Source: an uncultured Armatimonadetes bacterium (GTDB lineage: Bacteria; Armatimonadota; UBA5829; DTJY01). From it: a DNA stretch of 64,000 bases. Shown piece by piece: positions 47,848 to 56,147 of the stretch. Numbering within the stretch: position 1 is the first letter of the stretch; every line of letters begins with the position of its first letter. Under the pieces are notes generated by a model, which was not told where the DNA came from, did no database searches, and worked only from the letters and a program-made list of their open reading frames with translations. Position numbers and translations under genes: made by a program. The stretch covers positions 832,001 to 896,000 of the forward strand of contig OY970325.1 of NCBI GenBank assembly GCA_963717145.1. Direction: 5' to 3'.

Positions 47848-50800
47848 TTGGACACGCGAAACCTTGCGATGATCACCGTTCTGCTCTGCGCCGGTCTGAT
47901 ACTCTCATCGGCTCGCGGATCGGAATCGAAGCCACTCGCCCAGCATCTGATGACCGAGTACCTGGCGAACCCACTCGGCATCGACACTCCGGAGCCGCGC
48001 GTCTCGTGGTTCTTCGTACAGGACGGACATAACCGCCGACAGACCGCCTATCAGGTGCAGGTGGGCAAGTCCCCTGGCAAGATGGGCCTGTGGGACAGCG
48101 GAAAGGTCATGTCGTCGGGGATGAGCGCGCCTCTGACAGGCATCAAGCTGACAAGCGGTACTCGATACTTCTGGCGCGTGAAAGTCTGGGACGCGGATGG
48201 GATCGAGGGCGACTGGTCCGAGCCGGCCTGGTTCGAGATGGCTCTCCTCAATCCGTCGGAATGGCATGGCGAGTGGATCGGGGGCCGGCTCGGCGGCAAT
48301 GGGTACCATTCGGCGATCGCGACGAAATCGGACGAGGCAAAGTGGGTGCAGATCGATCTCGGACAGGAGCGCTCGATCTCGAAGGTCAGCCTCCATCCTG
48401 CGAGGCCCTACAACTGGCATGCGGATGCGCCCGGTTTCGGCTTCCCGGTCCGCTACAGGATCGAGGCATCGGCGAACGCCGACCTGAGGGATGCCGTCAT
48501 GCTGGCCGATAAGACGGATGCCGATCAGCCGAACCCCGGCGAAGGAGTCGTCACCCTCGAGTTCCCTGAGGTCAAGGCGCGGTACGTTCGTCTGACCGCC
48601 ACTCAGCTCTATCTGCGCATGGATGCCCAGTTCGTCTTCGCGCTCGCTGAGATGCGTGTTACCGATCCCGCGGGCAACAATGTCGCGGCTGACAGCCGGG
48701 TGACGGCGCTCGATGCCATCGAGGACAACGGCTGGAAGAACACTCAGCTCACGGACGGCCAGCTTCACTCGAAGCCGCTCATGACCGCCGCCCCGATGCT
48801 TCGGCGGGAGTTCGAGATCGACAAGCCGATCGAGCGGGCGCGGGCATACGTCGCCGGCCTCGGGTACTGCGAGCTTCACCTGAACGGGCAGAAGGTCGGC
48901 GACCACGTGCTCGATCCGGCGTACACTTCATTCGGCAAGCGCGTGCTCTACAGCACCTACGATGTCACCGACATGCTCAGGGACGGTCGGAATGCGGTCG
49001 GCATGATCCTCGGCAGGGGATGGTATCCGGAGTCGCCACGCGTTGTTCTTCAACTGAACATAGAGTTCACGGACGGGACACGGACCAGCATCACGACAGA
49101 CTCCTCCTGGAAATGGAGCGAGGGCCCGATCCGCGAGAACTCCATCTACCATGGCGAGACCTACGATGCCCGACTCGAGGCGCAGGGATGGGACTCATCC
49201 GGCTTCGATGACGCGACGTGGGAGGCCGTTGTGCCGGTCGCGAGTCCGACGCAGAGTCTGTCCGCGCAGATGATCCAGCCGATTCGGGTTGTTGGGGGCA
49301 TGAAGCCTAAGAGCGTTTCCAGCCCGAAGGAAGGCATCTGGGTTTACGACTTCGGCCAGAACTTCTCCGGATGGTGCAGGCTGAAGGTCAAGGGGGCCGA
49401 GGGCACGGAGGTGATCCTCAAGCATGCCGAGCTTCTCAATGAAGACGGCACGGTGAACCAGGCGAACCTCCGGAGCGCCCGGGCGACCGACAAGTACATT
49501 CTGAAGGGGCAGGGGACGGAGACCTACGCGCCGCGCTTCACGTACCACGGCTTCCGATACGTCCAGATCGAAGGCTTCCCCGGCAAGCCGGACCTCGGGA
49601 CGATCGAGGGCCGGGTCGTCCACACGAGCTTCGATTCGGAGGGCAGCTTTGCGTGCTCCAACCCGCTGATCAACCAGATCCACAGCAACTCGCGCTGGGG
49701 ATACCGTACGAACTGGCACAGCATCCCGACCGACTGCCCGCAGCGCGACGAGCGCCAGGGCTGGATGGCTGACGGCCACATGACCGCCGACATGGGCCTC
49801 TACAACTTCGATGTCGCCGCCGCGTACACTAAGTGGCTGCAGGACATGCAGGACGCTCAGGGCGATGACGGCCGCGTGCCGGACACCGTGCCGCATGTCT
49901 GGGGCTCGAATCCCGGCGATCCGATGTGGGCGGCGGCATACCATTTCGTCACCTGGGACATGTATCGACACACCGGCGACAAGGCGCTTCTGGCCAAGCA
50001 CTTCGACGGCCTCAAGCGCTACGTCGATATGCTCGAACGCGAGGCGGGCGAGGGGTGCATCATCAGCCGCAACAACTACGGCGACTGGGTCGGTGTCGTC
50101 GGCACTCCGGCCGATCTGATCTCGACCGGCGGCTTCTACCGCTGCTCGTGGCTGACTGCCCGTATGGCCGACATCCTCGACAGGCAGGACGACGTGCGGA
50201 AGTACAATATCCTCTGCTCCAGGATCGCCGACGCTTTTAACGCGAAGTTCTTCAACACGGAGACGAACAACTACGGGAACGGCAGCCAGTACTCGAATGC
50301 CTGGCCACTGTACCTCGGCATCGTTCCCGCGGACCGGCATGCGGTGGTCGTCCAGAATCTGATCAACAACATCCAAGTGAGCCACAAGGGCCACCTGAGC
50401 ACCGGATTCCTCGGCGCGCGATACCTGTTGGAGGTCCTCTGCCAGGAGGGACACGCCGATGTGGCCTACACGATCGTCACGCAGAAGGACTATCCAGGCT
50501 GGGGCTATATGATCGCGAACGGCGCGACGACCATCTGGGAGCTGTGGAGACTCGAGACCGGCAACGGGATGAACTCCCACGACCACCCGGCGTTCGGCTT
50601 CGTCGATGGATGGTTCTACCGGGCGCTGGCGGGCATCAACTCCGAAGTCGGATTCGAGCGGTTCGACATCAAGCCATTCGTCGTCGGCGACCTGAACGAG
50701 GCACGGGCGGAGATCACGACCGTCCGCGGGCCGGTGGCCTCCCACTGGAAGCGCTCGAAGGACGGCCTGACGCTCGATGTCACGATCCCGGCGAACTCCC

Positions 50801-50985
50801 GCGCGTCCGTCTGGGTTCCGAAGGTCGGGGTCGCGGATCCCGAGGTGCGGATCGGCACGACGCCCGTCTGGCGGAATGGCAAGCTCGTCCCCGGCACAGC
50901 GGGCATCCACTCGGCGTCCGACGTGGGCGACTGGGTCAAGGTCGAAGTCGGCTCGGGGGAATACAGCTTTGCCGTAGCAAGATAG
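47848..50985 (+). CDS. GH78 alpha-L-rhamnosidase with inserted F5/8C-like domain
   Basis: NPLGID, DFGQNFSGW, PRFTYHGFRY, PTDCPQRDERQGW, GATTIWE, MNS..H. Confidence 0.95.
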   Translation: MDTRNLAMITVLLCAGLILSSARGSESKPLAQHLMTEYLANPLGIDTPEPRVSWFFVQDGHNRRQTAYQVQVGKSPGKMGLWDSGKVMSSGMSAPLTGIKLTSGTRYFWRVKVWDADGIEGDWSEPAWFEMALLNPSEWHGEWIGGRLGGNGYHSAIATKSDEAKWVQIDLGQERSISKVSLHPARPYNWHADAPGFGFPVRYRIEASANADLRDAVMLADKTDADQPNPGEGVVTLEFPEVKARYVRLTATQLYLRMDAQFVFALAEMRVTDPAGNNVAADSRVTALDAIEDNGWKNTQLTDGQLHSKPLMTAAPMLRREFEIDKPIERARAYVAGLGYCELHLNGQKVGDHVLDPAYTSFGKRVLYSTYDVTDMLRDGRNAVGMILGRGWYPESPRVVLQLNIEFTDGTRTSITTDSSWKWSEGPIRENSIYHGETYDARLEAQGWDSSGFDDATWEAVVPVASPTQSLSAQMIQPIRVVGGMKPKSVSSPKEGIWVYDFGQNFSGWCRLKVKGAEGTEVILKHAELLNEDGTVNQANLRSARATDKYILKGQGTETYAPRFTYHGFRYVQIEGFPGKPDLGTIEGRVVHTSFDSEGSFACSNPLINQIHSNSRWGYRTNWHSIPTDCPQRDERQGWMADGHMTADMGLYNFDVAAAYTKWLQDMQDAQGDDGRVPDTVPHVWGSNPGDPMWAAAYHFVTWDMYRHTGDKALLAKHFDGLKRYVDMLEREAGEGCIISRNNYGDWVGVVGTPADLISTGGFYRCSWLTARMADILDRQDDVRKYNILCSRIADAFNAKFFNTETNNYGNGSQYSNAWPLYLGIVPADRHAVVVQNLINNIQVSHKGHLSTGFLGARYLLEVLCQEGHADVAYTIVTQKDYPGWGYMIANGATTIWELWRLETGNGMNSHDHPAFGFVDGWFYRALAGINSEVGFERFDIKPFVVGDLNEARAEITTVRGPVASHWKRSKDGLTLDVTIPANSRASVWVPKVGVADPEVRIGTTPVWRNGKLVPGTAGIHSASDVGDWVKVEVGSGEYSFAVAR

Positions 50986-51036
50986 GTAGCCTAGCCCCTT
51001 GTGGGCGTTCGGTCGTAGCGTCAGGAGGATGAACTG

Positions 51037-51498
51037 ATGGAACAAGTGCAGTCTCAGGAGTGCCGGCCGGAGATCCCGTCAGGAGTGAAGGTGATCGCAT
51101 GGATCATTCAGGTGTTTGCGGGGCTCAGTCTGTTCATCCTCGAGATACTGACGATCAGGTCGCCCAGCGGTGAGGTGGTGTTCAGCTACCTGGGCCATGA
51201 CTATGCGGTGGCGGCGATACGGCCGGGGGCAGTGGGTATGGAATTGGTCTTCCTCATTCATGGCTTGGTGATCGCCAGCGCGGTATTCACTCTCAAGGGG
51301 CGCATGTGGGCCTACTATATACTCCTCAGTGCCAGTGCGCTGAACGTGCTGACCACCGTACTGGCGACCGTACTGCACCTGGTCGCCCGACGGTTCGATC
51401 CGATGGCTTGGCTGCCATTCGTGGTGCTCTGGGTGCTCCTCAGCGAATTCCGGCCCTACCGTGACTTCGCGCGCTCCCGGTCTGTACAGCGCACTTAG
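51037..51498 (+). CDS. Four-TM hypothetical membrane protein
   Basis: AGGAGG RBS, four hydrophobic segments. Confidence 0.6.
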   Translation: MEQVQSQECRPEIPSGVKVIAWIIQVFAGLSLFILEILTIRSPSGEVVFSYLGHDYAVAAIRPGAVGMELVFLIHGLVIASAVFTLKGRMWAYYILLSASALNVLTTVLATVLHLVARRFDPMAWLPFVVLWVLLSEFRPYRDFARSRSVQRT

Positions 51499-51513
51499 GA
51501 GAGGATTCGATCG

Positions 51514-53436
51514 ATGCTCGGATATGGCCTGACTATCACCATCCTGATCGCCGTCACATGTCTCGCCGCCTCGGGGGACACCGTGCATCGCCCGACTGCG
51601 GATATCCTCCCGCCGTGCGCGCTTCGGAGCGACACCGGCCATCCGCTCGATGCGAAGATGACAGCGTTCCTTGAGAGGCAGCGGGAGTTCGCCGGCTTCA
51701 AGGACACCGGCATCACCGGCAAGGACTACCTGCGCATCATTCAGGGCGAGGTCGGCTTCTTCCGCAAGTGCCAGGACTCCGATGGCGCGATCATCGACCC
51801 GGTCGAGAAGATCGAGTGGCAGTACTCGACGCCGTGTTACGCGCTCTCGGTGGCGCTCCTCCATGCGACCGGCTTCAACACCGACAAGAAGCTCCTGGAG
51901 AGCGGTCTCAGGGCGATGGACCACTCCATCGACGACATGCACGGATACGCCGCCCACGGTCACGGCGAGTTCTTCATCCAGCCGGTGATGCTCGCCCTCG
52001 ATCTCTATACACAGGTTGCCTCGCCCGAGCGCGTGAGGGACTGGAAGCGGAAGATCTCCGAGATCGACGCCTACGAGTTGTACCCCGACAACCTCCGGCG
52101 CAAGACCCGGTGCTACAACCACAACGTCGTCGCGCTCGCCGGCGAGTATCTCCGCGCGAAGAAGGGGCTCAAGGCCGATGCCGACTTCTTCGAGACGCAC
52201 ATGGCGCACCATATCCAGTACATGACGCCGCTGGGCATGTATCTCGACGCCGCTGAGAACCCTCCGCTGGTATACGACGAGTTCACGCGGCAGTACCTGT
52301 CGAGCATCCTCCTGGAGGGCTACATCGGCGCTTCGTATCGCCCGTTCAGGGACGCCATCTGGCGCGGGGCGTGGACCGCGCTGTTTATGCTCTCCCCAGA
52401 CGGCGAGATACCCACAGGCGGCCGGAGCGCTCAGCATATCTGGAACGAGGCGTCGGCGGTCGTGACCCACGAGACCTACGCCGCCCAGTATGCGCGTCGG
52501 GGCATGCTCGATGAGGCCGGGGCGTTCAAGCGTGCGGCGCATCTCGCGACGAAGAGCATTGACCGGTGGTTGAAGCCGAACGGGACCGGCTTCGTGGTCA
52601 AGAACCGTTTTCCAGTCGAGGCGCATCACGGGTACGAGCGCTACTCGGCCCAGTCGCAGTACAACCTGCTCGCCTGCTGGTTCCTCGCGGCGGCCTATCT
52701 CTACGCGGACGACTCCATCGCAGAGAAGCCGTGCCCGGCGGATGTCGGCGGGTATGTCGTCCCGGTGACCGATCAATTCCACATGGTGTTCGCCAACGCG
52801 GGCGGCAACTACGTGCAATACAACACCCAGGGCGACCTCCGATACAATCCCACCGGCCTGATCCGCGTCCACCTGAGGGGATCGAACCCGCAGCTCGGTC
52901 CGTCGGACGGCGCGGTTCAGCGATGGGACTCGAAGGCGAAGAAGTTCCTCGATGAAGGCGAGCCACTCTGTACCGGACCGGCGTGGCAAGATTCAGGCGG
53001 CAAGTGGCATCGACTCGCGGAATACGATCCCGAGATGCCGCCCGGTGTCGAGGTCCTGGAGGAAAACCCTGACAGAGTTCGATTCCGTGTCACCTACACC
53101 GGCGACTTCGACGGCGTGACCAAGATCACCGAGACGATCACCGTCGAGCCCGGCGGCGTCACGGTCGAGGATTCCCTGGAGGGCGGCATCAAGGCGATGC
53201 GAGTGTACTATCCGATGCTCGTCACCGACGGCATGGACGAGACGAAGGTCGATCTCGCCGGCGACTCGGTCACTCTCTCGCTCTGGGACGGCAAGATCCG
53301 CTACCGGCTGCTCGAACCCTCAGGGATCGAGTTGAAGCGGACCGGCGTCCGTCTCAACCACCGCAACGGCGAGGTCGAGGCGCTCTACGGCGACATCCCC
53401 GGCCTCCGCGCTGTCTACCGCCTCGACGTGCCGTAG
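51514..53436 (+). CDS. Secreted hypothetical protein (helical toroid plus beta-sandwich, lyase/glycosidase-like)
   Basis: 640-aa ORF with host-like codon usage and a signal peptide; function inferred only from context. Confidence 0.55.
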   Translation: MLGYGLTITILIAVTCLAASGDTVHRPTADILPPCALRSDTGHPLDAKMTAFLERQREFAGFKDTGITGKDYLRIIQGEVGFFRKCQDSDGAIIDPVEKIEWQYSTPCYALSVALLHATGFNTDKKLLESGLRAMDHSIDDMHGYAAHGHGEFFIQPVMLALDLYTQVASPERVRDWKRKISEIDAYELYPDNLRRKTRCYNHNVVALAGEYLRAKKGLKADADFFETHMAHHIQYMTPLGMYLDAAENPPLVYDEFTRQYLSSILLEGYIGASYRPFRDAIWRGAWTALFMLSPDGEIPTGGRSAQHIWNEASAVVTHETYAAQYARRGMLDEAGAFKRAAHLATKSIDRWLKPNGTGFVVKNRFPVEAHHGYERYSAQSQYNLLACWFLAAAYLYADDSIAEKPCPADVGGYVVPVTDQFHMVFANAGGNYVQYNTQGDLRYNPTGLIRVHLRGSNPQLGPSDGAVQRWDSKAKKFLDEGEPLCTGPAWQDSGGKWHRLAEYDPEMPPGVEVLEENPDRVRFRVTYTGDFDGVTKITETITVEPGGVTVEDSLEGGIKAMRVYYPMLVTDGMDETKVDLAGDSVTLSLWDGKIRYRLLEPSGIELKRTGVRLNHRNGEVEALYGDIPGLRAVYRLDVP

Positions 53437-53458
53437 GGGCGACCTTCCACGGTCGCCC
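53433..53458 (+). repeat. Single GTAG REP overlapping stop codon
   Basis: gtaggggcgacc-ttccac-ggtcgccc. Confidence 0.8.
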
Positions 53459-53572
53459 GGCCGTTGAGCCAAGCAGGAACTAGCCATATTCCCCGAGAAG
53501 TAGTAAAGCAGCAGTATAGGTCTGATATGGAGCGCAGGAGCCCTGGTGTCCGGACCGATTGGAGAGGTGACC

Positions 53573-55165
53573 ATGCCACTATACGACAAGCCTACCATAT
53601 TCATCAGCCATGCCGACGAGGACAGGGCAATCGCAGAGGCGCTTGGAGCATTGATCGACGACGCCTTCATCGGTGCGATCGGCCACTGGTGCTCAAGTGA
53701 TAGGAAGCCGAGCGGAGGCATTCGCCCCGGCAAGGAGTGGAACCAGGCCATCCACGAGCATCTCCGAGTTGCTCAGTGGGCCTTCATCTTGATCACGCCC
53801 GTCAGTGTCAAGAAGACATGGGTGATATGGGAAGCTGCGATCGCCAGCCAGATGTGCCGAGGCGGGGTAGTGCCCATCGTTATTGGGATGAAGCTCGAGG
53901 AACTGCCTCCACCCCTTAATGGCTTCAATGGCGTGGACGGACTGGACTCCATGGCTCTCTGCACCGCTTTCGAGAAGATAGCGCAGTCGCAGGGCTATAC
54001 TCCGAGACGTGACGGTGTACTCCGCTATACACGCCGATTCGTGAGAAAGGCTGCACCTCTGGCTCCAAGCCCCAGCGATATGGAGGATGGTGTCCTACGC
54101 GATCCTGCTTTGGTGAGGAAACAGGACCTTGACCTATTTGCAGAACGTTTGGAGGAAAGACTCATCGCCAAGATCGGACGCGTGATTGCGCCGGAACCCC
54201 TCCCTGAATCCCCAGAGCAGACGAAGCCAGACCCAGAGATTGAGATGGCCGCCAAGCAAGCTATCATCCTCGGACACGCCGGTGCATCTCTTGAGGTGGA
54301 GACGGTTCGCTCTCTAGTAGGCAGGCTGCTCGATTCTGGAGATATAGAACAGGCGCTTGCCCTTCAGCAGTATATCGTCAACACAGCGCAGGCCACAGCA
54401 AGTGACTATTCCGCTCTTGGCGCGATTCTGTGGCGGGGGAACCGGTTGGAGGATGCGGAGAGGATGTGCCAAGAAGCCATCAAACTCAATCCGAAGCACG
54501 CAAATGCGTGGTATAACCTCGGGGTAATTGTTGGGAACCGTGGCCGGCTGAAGCAGGCGGAGGATGCCTACTGGAAAGCTGTTGAGTACGCGCCAGAATA
54601 TGCACTAGCTTGGAATAACCTGGGGAAGCTACTCAGGGAAGTTGGCCGTGCTGAGGAGGCAGAGGATGCGTGCCGCAAGGCCATCAGGTTTGACCCCAAG
54701 CTTCCCCATGCGTGGAACAACCTGGCGTTGGTACTGAGTGATATCGGCAAGATGGAGCAGGCGGAGGATGCCTATCGAAAGGCCCTGGAACTCAATCCGA
54801 CCTATCCACTCTACCACAATAACCTTGCCTATCTCATGTGTCAGACCGGGCGCTTGTCTGAGGCAGAGGCGGAAATCCATGCGGCTCTTAGGCTTGACCC
54901 GGACCACTGTTACGCGCATGCGACGCTGGGCCTCTTGCAGTTCGAGAGGGACGATCTGGAGGGCGGTCGTAAGGGCTACGAACGGGCGATTGAGCTTTCA
55001 GCGGGCGATCTGGATCTCCGGCAGAAGTTCCACTATGAATACGGGCGGGCGCTCGCGCGGAATGAATGGGAAGTGGACGCTCGGCGGGAGTACGAACGGG
55101 GTCTGAAGCTCGACACTGACTATGTCCGCAAGGAGATCGAGGCGGGTTTGAAGAAGCTGGGCTGA
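53573..55165 (+). CDS. TIR domain + TPR repeat protein
   Basis: IFISH..ED, GI.PG.EW...I, S....WV.WEA; about 8 TPRs (AW.NLG...A..A.RKA....P). Confidence 0.9.
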   Translation: MPLYDKPTIFISHADEDRAIAEALGALIDDAFIGAIGHWCSSDRKPSGGIRPGKEWNQAIHEHLRVAQWAFILITPVSVKKTWVIWEAAIASQMCRGGVVPIVIGMKLEELPPPLNGFNGVDGLDSMALCTAFEKIAQSQGYTPRRDGVLRYTRRFVRKAAPLAPSPSDMEDGVLRDPALVRKQDLDLFAERLEERLIAKIGRVIAPEPLPESPEQTKPDPEIEMAAKQAIILGHAGASLEVETVRSLVGRLLDSGDIEQALALQQYIVNTAQATASDYSALGAILWRGNRLEDAERMCQEAIKLNPKHANAWYNLGVIVGNRGRLKQAEDAYWKAVEYAPEYALAWNNLGKLLREVGRAEEAEDACRKAIRFDPKLPHAWNNLALVLSDIGKMEQAEDAYRKALELNPTYPLYHNNLAYLMCQTGRLSEAEAEIHAALRLDPDHCYAHATLGLLQFERDDLEGGRKGYERAIELSAGDLDLRQKFHYEYGRALARNEWEVDARREYERGLKLDTDYVRKEIEAGLKKLG

Positions 55166-55200
55166 CCCGCCGGGCTGCTGATGACGAGGGACATCCCAAC

Positions 55201-55920
55201 ATGCCGAGAGTATCGAAACCCACTGCTGAGACTGAGTTATACCGGCCGGTCCACGACTATCTGGTGGCGCAGGGGTACACCGTCCGGAGCGAGGTCAAGA
55301 ACTGCGACATCGCCGCCGTCAAGGGCGACGACCTCATCGTGGTCGAGATGAAGCGCACGCTCAACGTCCAACTCCTCGCGCAGGCGGTCGAGCGGCAGAA
55401 GCTCTCGGCGTCGGTCTACGTCGCCATCCCCCGCCCGGCGAACAAGGCCCGGTGGAACGCCGAGTCGAAGGGCATCCGGCATCTCCTCAGGCGTCTGGAA
55501 CTCGGGCTGATCCTGGTCTCCCTGAAGAAGGGCAGGCCGCCGGTCGAGATCGCTTTCCATCCCGTGCCGTTCGAACTCCAACGGCGGAAGAGCAGTCACC
55601 GCGCGGTGATCCAGGAGATCGAACGGCGGTCGGGCAACTTCAATGAGGGCGGGAGCTGTCGGCGGAAGATCGTGACCGCCTACCGCGAGAATGCGGTCCA
55701 AATCGCCTGCTGCCTTTGCGAGATCGGTCCGACATCCCCGAAGGCCTTGCGCGCGATTGGGACTGGGAAGAAGACCCTCGACATCCTCTATCACAACGTC
55801 TACGCCTGGTTCGAGCGGATCGACAAGGGGGTCTACGCCCTCAGCGCGAAGGGCCGGACCGAGATTGGTCAGTACCCGGAGCTTGTCGAGCACTACCGGG
55901 GGCAGATGAAGCATGCGTAG
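55201..55920 (+). CDS. DUF2161-family putative PD-(D/E)XK protein
   Basis: ETELY.PV..YL..QGY.V..EV..CD, VVEMK, QAVERQ, TAYRE.A, NVY.WFERI..G.Y.L. Confidence 0.88.
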   Translation: MPRVSKPTAETELYRPVHDYLVAQGYTVRSEVKNCDIAAVKGDDLIVVEMKRTLNVQLLAQAVERQKLSASVYVAIPRPANKARWNAESKGIRHLLRRLELGLILVSLKKGRPPVEIAFHPVPFELQRRKSSHRAVIQEIERRSGNFNEGGSCRRKIVTAYRENAVQIACCLCEIGPTSPKALRAIGTGKKTLDILYHNVYAWFERIDKGVYALSAKGRTEIGQYPELVEHYRGQMKHA

Positions 55921-56056
55921 GGAACGGGCGCTGTCCCGTTCCGTGGGTGTTGACTATCCTCCCAGTGTCCGTAGGGACACTTTGTGCAGTTGTTGCCGTG
56001 GTTTCAACCGCCCGGTAGCTCAATCATGCCCCAGGCGACTGAAGTCACGGCAACAA
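55917..56056. repeat. GTAG REP (same family as 39933) followed by GTTG-type REP doublet
   Basis: gtagggaacgggcgctgtcccgttccgtgggtgt; ttgttgccgtggtttcaaccgcc / ggcgactgaagtcacggcaacaa. Confidence 0.85.
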
Positions 56057-56147
56057 GGGCACGAAGTCCACCTCCGTGGACTGGATAATATACAGAGGCC
56101 TGCGCGCGAAGGAATCGCGGACTCCGAGGGCTAACGGTTTCCTCGAT

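Noticed and set aside
50985-51012. Degenerate GTAG REP (gtagcctagccccttgtgggcg)
   Set aside because: Stem too weak and no partner arm.
25123-52989. Long antisense ORFs (e.g. 25123-26550, 29540-31267, 49195-51045, 51079-52989)
   Set aside because: Shadow frames of GC-rich genes with no recognisable motifs.
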